A program made the position numbers and the translations under genes. 40,073 nt of DNA. It comes from Minisyncoccota bacterium (GTDB lineage Bacteria > Patescibacteriota > Microgenomatia > UBA1400 > PJMF01). Every line of letters begins with the position of its first letter. Position 1 is the stretch's first letter. The stretch is from the NCBI GenBank assembly GCA_009991965.1, contig JAACWQ010000004.1, positions 1-40,073 of the forward strand. Direction: 5' to 3'. Below are positions 9,490 to 19,088 of this stretch, in pieces. The notes beneath the pieces were generated by a model. That model searched no databases. It had not been told where the DNA came from and saw nothing but the letters and a program-made list of their open reading frames with translations.

Positions 9490-10359
9490 TTAAAAGGAAA
9501 GCGAATTTAAAAACTTCTCAAAACCAGTGGCTTGCACTTCCTCACGTACTTCTCCTGTTTCATCATTAAGTATTATTTCCGCTGGAACACTACGTTTGAA
9601 GAAACCAAATAGACGCTTGGTCACCCCCACCTTTTGTCGATACTCAAGCTGTTGAGTATCCGAATTTACGGCAACCTCGATTGGCTCAGCACCATTGTCA
9701 AATAAACCAACCTCCTGCATACGCGCGATGGCTTGATCTGGCAGGTGATTGAGTGTCTTTTGCTCACCAGATGGAGTGGTTAGTGTTATTTCGTTGGTTT
9801 CAGAATTCAGTTCAAACCGCAACCCTTCGGGGATTGTCGCTTTGATTTGACGAGATTCCAGCTCAAGTCTGTGCCCGCCATCTACGTCTCTTGATTCCAA
9901 TTTTACTTTTTCCAACTCAGTTTTTCGCTCTACTCGCTCTTTGTGCACCTCTTCAATTTTAGCGTTGAACTCTTTTTCCATTTCTTGACGCTTTTCTTGC
10001 AAGACTGAGGGTTCAAATTTCATTTCCAAACGATCGGTTTGCAGTTGTTCAACTTTTTTGACCTGTTCCAATTTCTCTTTTGTCTTTTGCGCTTGAGGTA
10101 CAGTAGGCTTAATCTCAATTTCAGTGTGGTCACCACTTTTTTCGACCCGAATACTTTGCTTTTGCCGACTTAAAATTTGTTCACGCTTTGTATCTTGTAC
10201 TTCTTCTTTTCTTTCGCCTGAATCCGACTCACCTAAAACACTATTTTTGTATACAGAGATTACTCCTTTTGAGACATCAACCTCAAGAGCAACAGCTTGC
10301 TTTGTAATTACAAAGGAAAACACAAAAAAAACATCCAGCACAACTAACTTTTTCAGCAC
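9490..10359 (-). CDS. Secreted hypothetical protein (signal peptide, charged coiled region, C-terminal PepSY-like beta motif); start placed at GTG 10359
   Basis: MLKKLVV...AVA signal; E/K-rich middle; KRLFGFF...IILNDETGEV; TATAAT 6 nt before GTG. Confidence 0.65.
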   Translation of the reverse strand: MLKKLVVLDVFFVFSFVITKQAVALEVDVSKGVISVYKNSVLGESDSGERKEEVQDTKREQILSRQKQSIRVEKSGDHTEIEIKPTVPQAQKTKEKLEQVKKVEQLQTDRLEMKFEPSVLQEKRQEMEKEFNAKIEEVHKERVERKTELEKVKLESRDVDGGHRLELESRQIKATIPEGLRFELNSETNEITLTTPSGEQKTLNHLPDQAIARMQEVGLFDNGAEPIEVAVNSDTQQLEYRQKVGVTKRLFGFFKRSVPAEIILNDETGEVREEVQATGFEKFLNSLSF

Positions 10360-10395
10360 AACATCATTATAGTGAAGACTGTTAAAATACGCCAT

Positions 10396-11142
10396 ATGAT
10401 AATTGGCCTCATAGATTCTGGCATCGGTGGTTTTTCAATTTTACGCGCAACGCAAAAAGCGCTGCCGCACCATATGTACGTGTACTTGGCTGATCAAGCA
10501 AACTTTCCTTATTCACAGCGATCGACGAAAAATCTGATAGAGCTTGCAAAAGAACATGCTCGCGTTCTCATCGAAAAACACAACTGTTCTCTCATTGTCC
10601 TGGCCTGTAATACACTCAGCGTGGCAGCTCTCGCTGCTGTTAGAACTGCCTTTCCAGATACTCGATTTATCGGCACCGTGCCACCAGTCAACGTTGCAGC
10701 AAAATCACTCGGCAATGATGCAAACATCTTAGTTCTCTCCTCGGAGCGAACGGCTAAAAGTGAATATCTGCAACAGTTATTGGAAAATTTGTCTGGTCCA
10801 AATTGGGAAATACTTGGCTCAACAGATCTTGTCGAAGCGATTGAGGCAGGAGACGCAGCAAAAGTCAAACAGGTGCTCACTGCTATACGAGATTCGTACC
10901 CAAAAATTACATTTTCTGGAATTGTTTTAGGTTGTACACACTTCCCCTTAGTCGCCAACGAAATGCAAGAAACGTGGCCAGATGCTGAACTATTTTCACC
11001 CAGTGATGGCGTAGTGAAACAACTCAAGCAGATTTCGCCTGTAGAACCTACAGAACAACTAAGTTCTACTCCGCTGTTTTTGACAACGCCAGATTACTCA
11101 AGTTCTCTGCAACTGGAAAAACGCTACCATGCTACGCTATAA
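10396..11142 (+). CDS. murI: Glutamate racemase
   Basis: IGLIDSGIGG, YLADQANFPY, VLACNT, VLGCTHFP (both catalytic Cys); ATG 10396 follows TGtTAAAAT by 7 nt. Confidence 0.95.
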   Translation: MIIGLIDSGIGGFSILRATQKALPHHMYVYLADQANFPYSQRSTKNLIELAKEHARVLIEKHNCSLIVLACNTLSVAALAAVRTAFPDTRFIGTVPPVNVAAKSLGNDANILVLSSERTAKSEYLQQLLENLSGPNWEILGSTDLVEAIEAGDAAKVKQVLTAIRDSYPKITFSGIVLGCTHFPLVANEMQETWPDAELFSPSDGVVKQLKQISPVEPTEQLSSTPLFLTTPDYSSSLQLEKRYHATL

Positions 11143-11145
11143 CCC

Positions 11146-12876
11146 ATGAAACATCGACTTTCATTACTGTTTATTTTAATCATTTGCCTTCTGGCTGCAC
11201 GCACTTTATTTACCAACCAAATTGTGCGCGGCGATGATAGTGATTTTCATGGCGCAAGACTGGCAAATTATTATCTAGCTATCAAGCAAGGTCAGCTGCT
11301 GCCAGCTTGGGCTCCCAACCTCAATTATGGATACGGATATCCAATGTTTTTGTTTTCTTACCAAACATTGTATCTACTTGGATCATTTTTTTTTGCACTT
11401 GGCTTTAGCATTGAGCTGAGTGTAAATCTTGTCCTCGTACTTTCAATATTTTTGGCCGGTACTGGCATGTACATCTTTGGAGTTTTGGAAACCAAGCGTC
11501 CATGGCTTGCAGCCGTTGTAGCAGCTGTGTATGTCACCTCGCCATATCTATTGCTTGATATTTTTGTGCGCATTGCAGCAGCAGAAGTAGTTTTTCTAGG
11601 ACTTCTTCCGTGGATGCTGTTACTTATCAAACTACGAAATAAGTTGGTTTATCAACCTTTGCTTTGGTTTCTATTCTGGTCTCTTACAGTAGCTTGGCTA
11701 TTGTCGCACCCCTTGCTGGTAATGCTGTCCGTACCACTCCTACTCGGCTTGCTTTGGAGAGACGGTTTTTTTGTCGAATTACAACAAAAAGTCTGGCAAC
11801 CATGGTTAAAGTCATTTCTACTACTTGCTGCTGTTAGTATCGGCAGCTCTTTGTTCTTTTGGCTGCCACTCATTTTTGAAAAAAAGTTCACAGTTCTTAG
11901 CAGCAATATTTTAGTGAAAGAATACTATCTGCGCTTCCCAACACTTCTTCAGCTGTTTTGGACGGGTTGGGGCTATAACGGATTAGAAAATAATGGTGCC
12001 ACAAATATCTTTCCCATCATGATCGGTCCTATCTTTTGGTTATTATTTGCAATCTCTGCATTTCTCATTTTTCGTCGTAAAAAAACCAATAAACTACCAA
12101 AAACTCTCTACTTTTGGAGTATCGTATTTACAGCAAGCACATTTCTCCTTACATCGTACTCAAAAACGATATGGGATATTAGCCTAGTCCTCCCACTTCT
12201 CATGTTTCCCTGGCGATTGCTTTGGATGCCAGTGCTCGCAGGCAGCATGCTATTGCTGATTATCGGAAAACATCATCTATTGCAAAAAAAGTTAGAATTG
12301 AGTTTACTTATTTTGGTAGCAACTGTCGCTTCCTACCAAGCAATATTTTATGCACGTCCTGCGAGCTATATCAGCAAACCAGAAATTGAGTGGTTTGAGT
12401 ACCCAATGACCGCTACCACATGGGATGAATTACTAACCCGTGAGTGGGATGCACATAAAAATCTACGCCTTACTGAGGCAGTCGTTCTTAAGCCTGCTGG
12501 CAAGCTGCTTTTTGACGACAACAACGAAATAATAGGGAGTATTGGTAGCGTACAACAACAATTTTGGAACGGTACACAAATGAGATACTCTATAAAAACA
12601 GATCAACCTGCCACAATTGTGCAAAAAACAATGTATTTTCCTGGTTGGGTGGCAAGAGTTGACGGCATTACAACGGAAATTATTCACTCTGATCCTGAAT
12701 TTCCTGGTAGATTGGAAATTCCCGTTACGGCAGGCGAGCACACTATTGAAGTACAATTCACCAAAGAGACCTGGCCAAAAAAGCTCGGACTGTATATTTC
12801 TATCGCCAGTGTTGCTATTGGACTACTTACTCTTAAGCGCACTACCAGCCAGCGAAATCACAAACGTCACCGGTAA
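11146..12876 (+). CDS. Multi-pass membrane GT-C protein (YfhO / '6-pyruvoyl-tetrahydropterin synthase-related' membrane family)
   Basis: GDDSDFH, W.PNLNYGYGYPMFLF, FFWLPL, MFPWRLL, C-terminal MYFPGWVARVDG...IPVTAGEHTIEVQF. Confidence 0.8.
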   Translation: MKHRLSLLFILIICLLAARTLFTNQIVRGDDSDFHGARLANYYLAIKQGQLLPAWAPNLNYGYGYPMFLFSYQTLYLLGSFFFALGFSIELSVNLVLVLSIFLAGTGMYIFGVLETKRPWLAAVVAAVYVTSPYLLLDIFVRIAAAEVVFLGLLPWMLLLIKLRNKLVYQPLLWFLFWSLTVAWLLSHPLLVMLSVPLLLGLLWRDGFFVELQQKVWQPWLKSFLLLAAVSIGSSLFFWLPLIFEKKFTVLSSNILVKEYYLRFPTLLQLFWTGWGYNGLENNGATNIFPIMIGPIFWLLFAISAFLIFRRKKTNKLPKTLYFWSIVFTASTFLLTSYSKTIWDISLVLPLLMFPWRLLWMPVLAGSMLLLIIGKHHLLQKKLELSLLILVATVASYQAIFYARPASYISKPEIEWFEYPMTATTWDELLTREWDAHKNLRLTEAVVLKPAGKLLFDDNNEIIGSIGSVQQQFWNGTQMRYSIKTDQPATIVQKTMYFPGWVARVDGITTEIIHSDPEFPGRLEIPVTAGEHTIEVQFTKETWPKKLGLYISIASVAIGLLTLKRTTSQRNHKRHR

Positions 12877-13728
12877 CCAAATAAGCATGTACAGGGCGGT
12901 GAGTAACGCCGTATTCCAGCCGAAGTGCCAAAGTGCAGCCAACATTCCCCAGCCCATTTCAAGCATTTCCCAACCGGTGGGTCGTGCACTTGGATCAAAG
13001 TAACGCGCACCATCTGCAACAGATACATCAACGCGGGCATACTGCACAGTTTCTTCGACCGAATCTTTTGAATTCTCTAGACTTTTGATCTGTGCTTGTA
13101 ATCGCTGCAACTGTAGTTCTAACTTACGTCGAGCGCCATCACTCAGACCATTCTCTGTATCTGCCAGATCAGCTTCTATCACTGAAGCTTCGTCTTGCAG
13201 TGCTGTGATTTGATCAGTTATTGAAACATACTGGCCTGTTTCATCTTGAATCGACGTATTCTCTGAAACAACCGTAACTACACCCTCCTTGATTGTTGCC
13301 AACACACTTGCGACTTTTTCACTTGGAACACGAGCTGAGATGTTGCCAACTTTGTAACGACCATACTTTTCAATGCTTTGAGAAAGTACGCGTCCGTCTT
13401 GAGCCAAGATGGCAGTGCGAATTCGCTCTGTGTAACTGCTGACATCTTTGACAACCAATTGTGAGTACGAACTTGTGCTATACAAGCGTTGATCGACACT
13501 GAGCGCATCATCCTGTTGCCAGGTCTCATCACTGAAAGGCATCATTTTTTCTGCAACACCTAGGTTCAATGTAGCTTCTTGCATCATGCCAAAGTCACCA
13601 CGTGTTTGTGTGTACATACCAACTGGTTGATATCTGGTAAAGAATTGAAAGCTAAGGTGCAACACCGCGGTCGCCAAAGAAAGAAAAAACGCAATGGCGA
13701 TCAATTTTTTTGAAAAAAGTTTTGACAT
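12823..13728 (-). CDS. DUF4349-like membrane-anchored coiled-coil protein; start placed at ATG 13728
   Basis: N-terminal TM, ISARVPSEKV, SENTSIQDETGQYVSI, long coiled coil, VQYARVDV, C-terminal TM. Confidence 0.75.
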   Translation of the reverse strand: MSKLFSKKLIAIAFFLSLATAVLHLSFQFFTRYQPVGMYTQTRGDFGMMQEATLNLGVAEKMMPFSDETWQQDDALSVDQRLYSTSSYSQLVVKDVSSYTERIRTAILAQDGRVLSQSIEKYGRYKVGNISARVPSEKVASVLATIKEGVVTVVSENTSIQDETGQYVSITDQITALQDEASVIEADLADTENGLSDGARRKLELQLQRLQAQIKSLENSKDSVEETVQYARVDVSVADGARYFDPSARPTGWEMLEMGWGMLAALWHFGWNTALLTALYMLIWLPVTFVISLAGSALKSK

Positions 13729-13732
13729 AGAA

Positions 13733-15916
13733 TTACTCCTGTATTTCTCCTGCTTCAACGCTACGCAGGTGATCCATTATAGCTGATACCATTACTTCTC
13801 GTGGTTTACTGCCTTCTTGGGGGCCAACCATGCCAGCCGCGTGTAGTTGATCCAAAATGCGCGCTGCACGATTATATCCAACTGAGAATTTTCGTTGAAT
13901 CATCGACGATGAGCCCTTGCCCGCACTAGCTGCATACTGCGCTGCTTGAGTAAACAATGGATCGCGATCTTCTATTTGTACTTCTCCATCGGTTGCAATC
14001 GAACTTCCACCCTTACCAGTCATCGTGTACTTTGTGGTGACATCATCTTCGTACTCTGGCTTCTGACCCTGCGCCTTGATGAAATCTATGAGTGAACGAA
14101 TTTCGCTATCTGAAACATATGCGCCTTGGATTCTTGAAGGCTTTGCTTGATCAGGTGGAATAAACAACATGTCTCCACGTCCAAGCAGTTTCTCGGCACC
14201 TGGCGTGTCAAGCACAACTCGAGAATCAGTCATAGAAGAAACGTTGAAAGCTATGCGAGCAGGAATATTTGCTTTGATTAAACCGGTAATGACGTCAACC
14301 GATGGTCGTTGTGTCGCCAACACCAAGTGAATACCAACTGCACGTGCCATTTGGGCAATCCGAGTAATACTCTCTTCTACCTCTGCTGGAGCAAAAAGCA
14401 TCACATCTGCTAACTCATCGATAATAATGACAATACTTGGCATGGCAGAATGACCAGCGAGTTCGTTGTAGCCCGCAATATTTTTGACACCAACCTCTGC
14501 CAATTTCTTATAGCGCTCCTCCATTTCGTGCACTGCCCATTTGAGGGCCGAGACAACCTTCTTCGGTTCGACGATAACTGGGACGAGGAGATGTGGAATA
14601 TCATTGTAGCCAGTCAATTCAACACGTTTTGGATCGACCAAAATAAAGCGAACTTCGGCTGGACTGGCGCGGAACAACATTGAACACATAAAGGCGTTAA
14701 TCGCGACTGACTTACCAGATCCCGTGGCACCAGCAATCAGGACGTGTGGCATCTTGGCAATATCCATAACCACGGGCTGACCTGCAACGCTGATACCCAG
14801 TGAGGTAGCGAGCTTGGACGGATGCTTCTTCATCTGTTGCGAGGCGAGCATTTTTCGCAGGGTAACGTACTGTGCGGTGTAATTTGGCACTTCGACGCCG
14901 ACCAGCGAACGTCCTGCAATCGGAGCTTCGATACGAATCTGTCCTGTTGGAGCAGCCAATGCGAGCGCAAGATCAGTTGCGAGTCCAGTAATCTTTGAAA
15001 GCTTGGTGCCACGGGTAATTTCTAATGCGTATTGCGTCACAGACGGACCATAATTTACCTCAGACACTTTTGCTTTGATGCCAAAAGAGTCGAGGGTTGC
15101 CTCAATCGTTGCCGCATTCTTCCGCACATCACCGCGGTCTGCCTCACCACCTTCTGATTCATTCAAAAGTGACAATGGCGGATACTCCCAAATCATCTGG
15201 GCGTTTGAGGGAGTAAAGCCAGCTGGTAACTCACCGTCTTTGCCTGCTTGGGCGATTTGCCTGGCAGCCTCAACAGCTGTGCCAGTTTTGCTTGTCGGGT
15301 CTTCCTCGATCGCTTTTCCTTGGTTAATCTGAAATGGTGTCGCCCCCCCAGTTTTGCCAAATGGAAAGGTAATTTTGGGAAGTGACAATCTACTTTTAGA
15401 TTTTGGCTCCTCACTTGCAGCAGCAATATCAGCCGCATCTTTTTTCTGTCGCAGGCTAGCGAGCCAATCGGCCAGCTCAACAAACGAGGTTTGGAACAAG
15501 ACAAGTAACCCAGCAACAAGGACGGCTAAAAAGAGAAAGTAGCTACCGATGGGTGTGAGTAATGCACCAATGTTTGCAGCGGTGACTACGCCAACACTAC
15601 CGGTCTGAAAAAACCCAAGTATACCGGTAAAACAAAGTACAGCGCCCAAAAATGAGTGTGGTCGTGCCCAAATCCAACGACTGCGAAAGAATACCACTCC
15701 ACCTGAGAAAAACAAGAATGGCAAAAGCAACGCGGATAAACCCAACTTTGCGAACAGAAATGCATTAATTGTCTGAAGTAATTTGCCTTGCCCAGAGAAT
15801 GAAACGATAACTAGAATGCCGCAGAGAAACAAAGTCACTGCAGCCAAAGAATGCAGGGTGCCATCTTTCAATTGCAGTGGTGATTTTTTCTTGTTTCTAC
15901 GCTTACGTTTCTTCAT
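13733..15916 (-). CDS. ftsK: DNA translocase FtsK/SpoIIIE
   Basis: N-terminal TMs, GPSVTQY, RIEAPIAG, MPHVLIAGATGSGKS, IIDELAD, ATQRPSVDVITG, GAEKLLGRGDML, gamma domain QRKFSVGYNRAARI. Confidence 0.97.
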   Translation of the reverse strand: MKKRKRRNKKKSPLQLKDGTLHSLAAVTLFLCGILVIVSFSGQGKLLQTINAFLFAKLGLSALLLPFLFFSGGVVFFRSRWIWARPHSFLGAVLCFTGILGFFQTGSVGVVTAANIGALLTPIGSYFLFLAVLVAGLLVLFQTSFVELADWLASLRQKKDAADIAAASEEPKSKSRLSLPKITFPFGKTGGATPFQINQGKAIEEDPTSKTGTAVEAARQIAQAGKDGELPAGFTPSNAQMIWEYPPLSLLNESEGGEADRGDVRKNAATIEATLDSFGIKAKVSEVNYGPSVTQYALEITRGTKLSKITGLATDLALALAAPTGQIRIEAPIAGRSLVGVEVPNYTAQYVTLRKMLASQQMKKHPSKLATSLGISVAGQPVVMDIAKMPHVLIAGATGSGKSVAINAFMCSMLFRASPAEVRFILVDPKRVELTGYNDIPHLLVPVIVEPKKVVSALKWAVHEMEERYKKLAEVGVKNIAGYNELAGHSAMPSIVIIIDELADVMLFAPAEVEESITRIAQMARAVGIHLVLATQRPSVDVITGLIKANIPARIAFNVSSMTDSRVVLDTPGAEKLLGRGDMLFIPPDQAKPSRIQGAYVSDSEIRSLIDFIKAQGQKPEYEDDVTTKYTMTGKGGSSIATDGEVQIEDRDPLFTQAAQYAASAGKGSSSMIQRKFSVGYNRAARILDQLHAAGMVGPQEGSKPREVMVSAIMDHLRSVEAGEIQE

Positions 15917-15969
15917 ATTTATTTATTATAGGATATAACAAATTTTATCTTCATGGCAAGTACTAAAAT

Positions 15970-17625
15970 CTATACATCAAGTATAACTGGTACGATAAGT
16001 GGCTCACGCTTGATAATTTTATAGAGTTTGCGTGCCAGACGCTTTTCGATCATATGGCGCAATGCCTCGTCTTTTGTCTTCTTTTCTCTGGAGACAATAT
16101 CTGCAACTTCTTGTTTGATAAACTCGATCACTTCTTGGGCATCTCGTACAAAGATAAAACCGCGCGAAATAACTTCCGTTTGCCGAAGATCAAAACCATT
16201 TTGCCCACGGATAAGCACAACAACCACAATACCTGCCTTGGAAAGCGCAATTCGATCGGCCAAAACCATCGGTCCGACATCTCCGATACCAAGTCCGTCA
16301 ATGATTGGTGGTTTAAGATCAACGTGACCGACCGTGCTCGCACTTGTGGCCGTCAATTCAAGTATATCGCCAGAACTCGGCAAAAGTACGTCATGTACAG
16401 AATAACCCAATGGCTCTGCCACAGACTCAAAGAACTTGTAGCGATGGCGATCTGCGCCACCGATCGGCAAAATAAACTTTGGTCGCACGAGCTCAAGTAA
16501 TTCTCGCTGCTCTGTCATGCTGGCATGACCAGATTGGTGCAATCCTGGCAATACATCTGGGTACACAACATGTACTTTATTGCGAGCAAGCTCGTCTATT
16601 GCGCCAAAATAATTTAGTTCGTTACCGGGAATCGCGTCTGCCGAAAAAATTACCGTGTCATCATCAGTGATCTTGATCATGCGATGCTCACCATAAATCG
16701 CCCGCATCATCGAAGAACCCTCTTGTCCCTGACTACCAGCAACAATCACACACAGCATTTTATCTGGGTATTGATTCATATCATTTTTGTCGATCAAAAC
16801 ACCTTCGGGAAAATGCAACTTGTGCAAACGCATCGCCTCGGCAATATTGCGTTCGACCGAGCGACCAATAAACGCGACTTTTCTGCCAAGCCTACTCGCC
16901 GCATCTACAACTTGTTGAATCCGGTGAATGTGCGAACTCATCAGTGTAATGACACTTTTCCCTCTAGTTTCTGCCATAATTTCTGCAATCACTGGCCCAA
17001 CAGTTCGCTCAGACGAAGTACGTACCGTCCGCTCGACACGCAAACAATCGATGAGCATGCACAAAACACCTTCATCGCCAATCGCTTTAATCGAAGCAAG
17101 ATCACTTGGCTCTCCATCTACTGGGGTCGGATCGAGCTTGAAGTCACTCCCGTGGTACACGATGCCCACTGGAGTACGAATCACAATATGACGGGTATCT
17201 GGCACAGAGTGTGTAATGGGAATCAACGAAGCGGAAAACGACCCAAGTGTAAACGGCCTGGTGTTATCGATCACGGTTACTTTGTGCTCTGTCCCTGCTT
17301 CACGCATACGATCCTCTGCAAATCCGGCAGTCAGTGGCGAGGCATAGATTGGAAAGTTTGGCAGATGTGGCAAGATGTGCGCGGTAGCTGCAATGTGGTC
17401 GTCGTGGCCGTGACTCAAAATCATACCAACAATTTTTTTACCTGCTTGCAGCTGCTCCAAAACATACGAAATATCTGGGATCAAAATGTCAACGCCAGGC
17501 ATCTGTATATCAGGAAAACCAATGCCACAATCAACGAGCAAAAGCTCATTTTCGTACTCGTACACGTACATATTTTGGGTAACGACACCGCTCCCACCGA
17601 GAGAAATTATTTTTAAACCATTCAC
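15970..17625 (-). CDS. rnj: Ribonuclease J
   Basis: LGG..VTQNM, VDCG, SHGHDDH metallo-beta-lactamase motif, THSVPD, DFKLD, GSQGQ, IPGNE, HQSGHA. Confidence 0.93.
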   Translation of the reverse strand: MNGLKIISLGGSGVVTQNMYVYEYENELLLVDCGIGFPDIQMPGVDILIPDISYVLEQLQAGKKIVGMILSHGHDDHIAATAHILPHLPNFPIYASPLTAGFAEDRMREAGTEHKVTVIDNTRPFTLGSFSASLIPITHSVPDTRHIVIRTPVGIVYHGSDFKLDPTPVDGEPSDLASIKAIGDEGVLCMLIDCLRVERTVRTSSERTVGPVIAEIMAETRGKSVITLMSSHIHRIQQVVDAASRLGRKVAFIGRSVERNIAEAMRLHKLHFPEGVLIDKNDMNQYPDKMLCVIVAGSQGQEGSSMMRAIYGEHRMIKITDDDTVIFSADAIPGNELNYFGAIDELARNKVHVVYPDVLPGLHQSGHASMTEQRELLELVRPKFILPIGGADRHRYKFFESVAEPLGYSVHDVLLPSSGDILELTATSASTVGHVDLKPPIIDGLGIGDVGPMVLADRIALSKAGIVVVVLIRGQNGFDLRQTEVISRGFIFVRDAQEVIEFIKQEVADIVSREKKTKDEALRHMIEKRLARKLYKIIKREPLIVPVILDV

Positions 17626-18422
17626 TTGCGCTCCTGTCTAGTTTTATTCATTACCTCATACTGAAAACCCCAATTGGGTCGTTTGAATTTATCAAAAAAT
17701 GCACTCAATGTTTCAAACTTCACCGCAAACAGTGAGTACAAAACAGAGGTGACCGATGCACCAAACGAAACCCAGAACACACTCATTCTGCCCGCAAATG
17801 CCGGAGAATACAAGAAGTAAGCAATAACATGAATCATAAAGAAAAAAGCGAAAGCCAACTTCATAACCCGCATGAAGTTTTCCTTACCTGGATTAGAAAG
17901 CCAGACCACCATAAATTGGATAGTGCCAAGAACAGCAGACATGAAAAAGAGCCCATAAAACTGGAGCTTGGTCAACTCAGCCTCAAGTGGAAAGAAGATA
18001 TTTCCAATACCAAATGCGGCGAACAACAACATATACCCGATATACATAATCAAGTGCGACAACCAGAGGTGAAAATACTCTGTGTGTTCAAATAAATCGT
18101 GTAACGGATCTTTGTACATTTTTCGATTAAATGAGGTAGTCAGTGAATGAATAACAACGAATGCGTAGACAATGAGCGCGAGTGTACTCAGCACCGTATC
18201 GATAATAAACAAATTATTTGGCGATAACGGCGGCTGGATTTCTTTTGACAAAACAAAGTAGAAAAAACTCTTTATCCAGATGAACATGACCGGTGCAATC
18301 ACAAAACTATAGACAAACTGGACGACGTCAAAACGCAGAATTTCCCGTTTGCCATCGTGACGATAGAGCAACAAACCGCTCGCAAGTACTAACAACGGAA
18401 TTACTGTCAGAAAGATGATCAT
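17622..18422 (-). CDS. Hypothetical multi-pass membrane protein
   Basis: 266 aa ORF with about 7 hydrophobic segments, 4-nt overlap with rnj; EYFHLWLSH motif. Confidence 0.7.
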   Translation of the reverse strand: MIIFLTVIPLLVLASGLLLYRHDGKREILRFDVVQFVYSFVIAPVMFIWIKSFFYFVLSKEIQPPLSPNNLFIIDTVLSTLALIVYAFVVIHSLTTSFNRKMYKDPLHDLFEHTEYFHLWLSHLIMYIGYMLLFAAFGIGNIFFPLEAELTKLQFYGLFFMSAVLGTIQFMVVWLSNPGKENFMRVMKLAFAFFFMIHVIAYFLYSPAFAGRMSVFWVSFGASVTSVLYSLFAVKFETLSAFFDKFKRPNWGFQYEVMNKTRQERK

Positions 18423-18431
18423 AGTAACTGA

Positions 18432-19064
18432 TTATAACAATGCTGTAGCCACTTGTTGCTTAAACATTTTTGTCTCGTGTTGCTCCTGCACCCAAACAAG
18501 TGCTTTGGGAATTTTTTGCATATCGAGAATAAATTGCTCTTTTGTGCGGGTTGCTCTCAGCGCTGCAGCTGGATGATACATCGGGAGGACATACTGGTTC
18601 TGCTCGTTCCAGACTACTTGATGTAATCTGCCATGTACTTGCGAAATACGTACGTCTGGTAAAAATTTAGCCATCGAAAATCTGCCCAATGTGACGATCA
18701 ACTTTGGTTGCAAAATGGCAATTTCTTGATTGAGATACGGTCGAAATGCTTCAATTTCTTCTGGTGAGGGATCTCTGTTGTCTGGCGGGCGGACTTTGAC
18801 AATATTTGAAATGTAGTACTCTTCTGGAGCAAGGCCAATCTGCTCTAAAACTTGACGTAGGAGTTTGCCGGATCTGCCGACGAATGGTCTGTGATCAACA
18901 CTTTCTTGATAACCAGGGGCCTCACCTATAAAAAGAATATCCGCCGTCGGTGATCCTTCGCCAGGAACAATATCTGACTGAGATCTCGCCAGCAACAAAT
19001 TGCCGAGTGATGCTTCATTTTGTAGCGTTGCATAGAGTTCAACAAGCTGCGCTGCTGCATTCAT
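18432..19064 (-). CDS. udg: Uracil-DNA glycosylase, family 4-like, lacking Fe-S cysteines
   Basis: GEG, FIGEAPG..E, RPFVGRSG, SNIVKVRPPDNRDP, TLGRFS, MYHPAAALR. Confidence 0.92.
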   Translation of the reverse strand: MNAAAQLVELYATLQNEASLGNLLLARSQSDIVPGEGSPTADILFIGEAPGYQESVDHRPFVGRSGKLLRQVLEQIGLAPEEYYISNIVKVRPPDNRDPSPEEIEAFRPYLNQEIAILQPKLIVTLGRFSMAKFLPDVRISQVHGRLHQVVWNEQNQYVLPMYHPAAALRATRTKEQFILDMQKIPKALVWVQEQHETKMFKQQVATALL

Positions 19065-19088
19065 ATCGCTATCGTAACACGGAGAAAA

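Noticed and set aside
16684-17616. 310-aa plus-strand ORF
   Set aside because: Entirely antisense to rnj, with no recognisable motifs; shadow ORF
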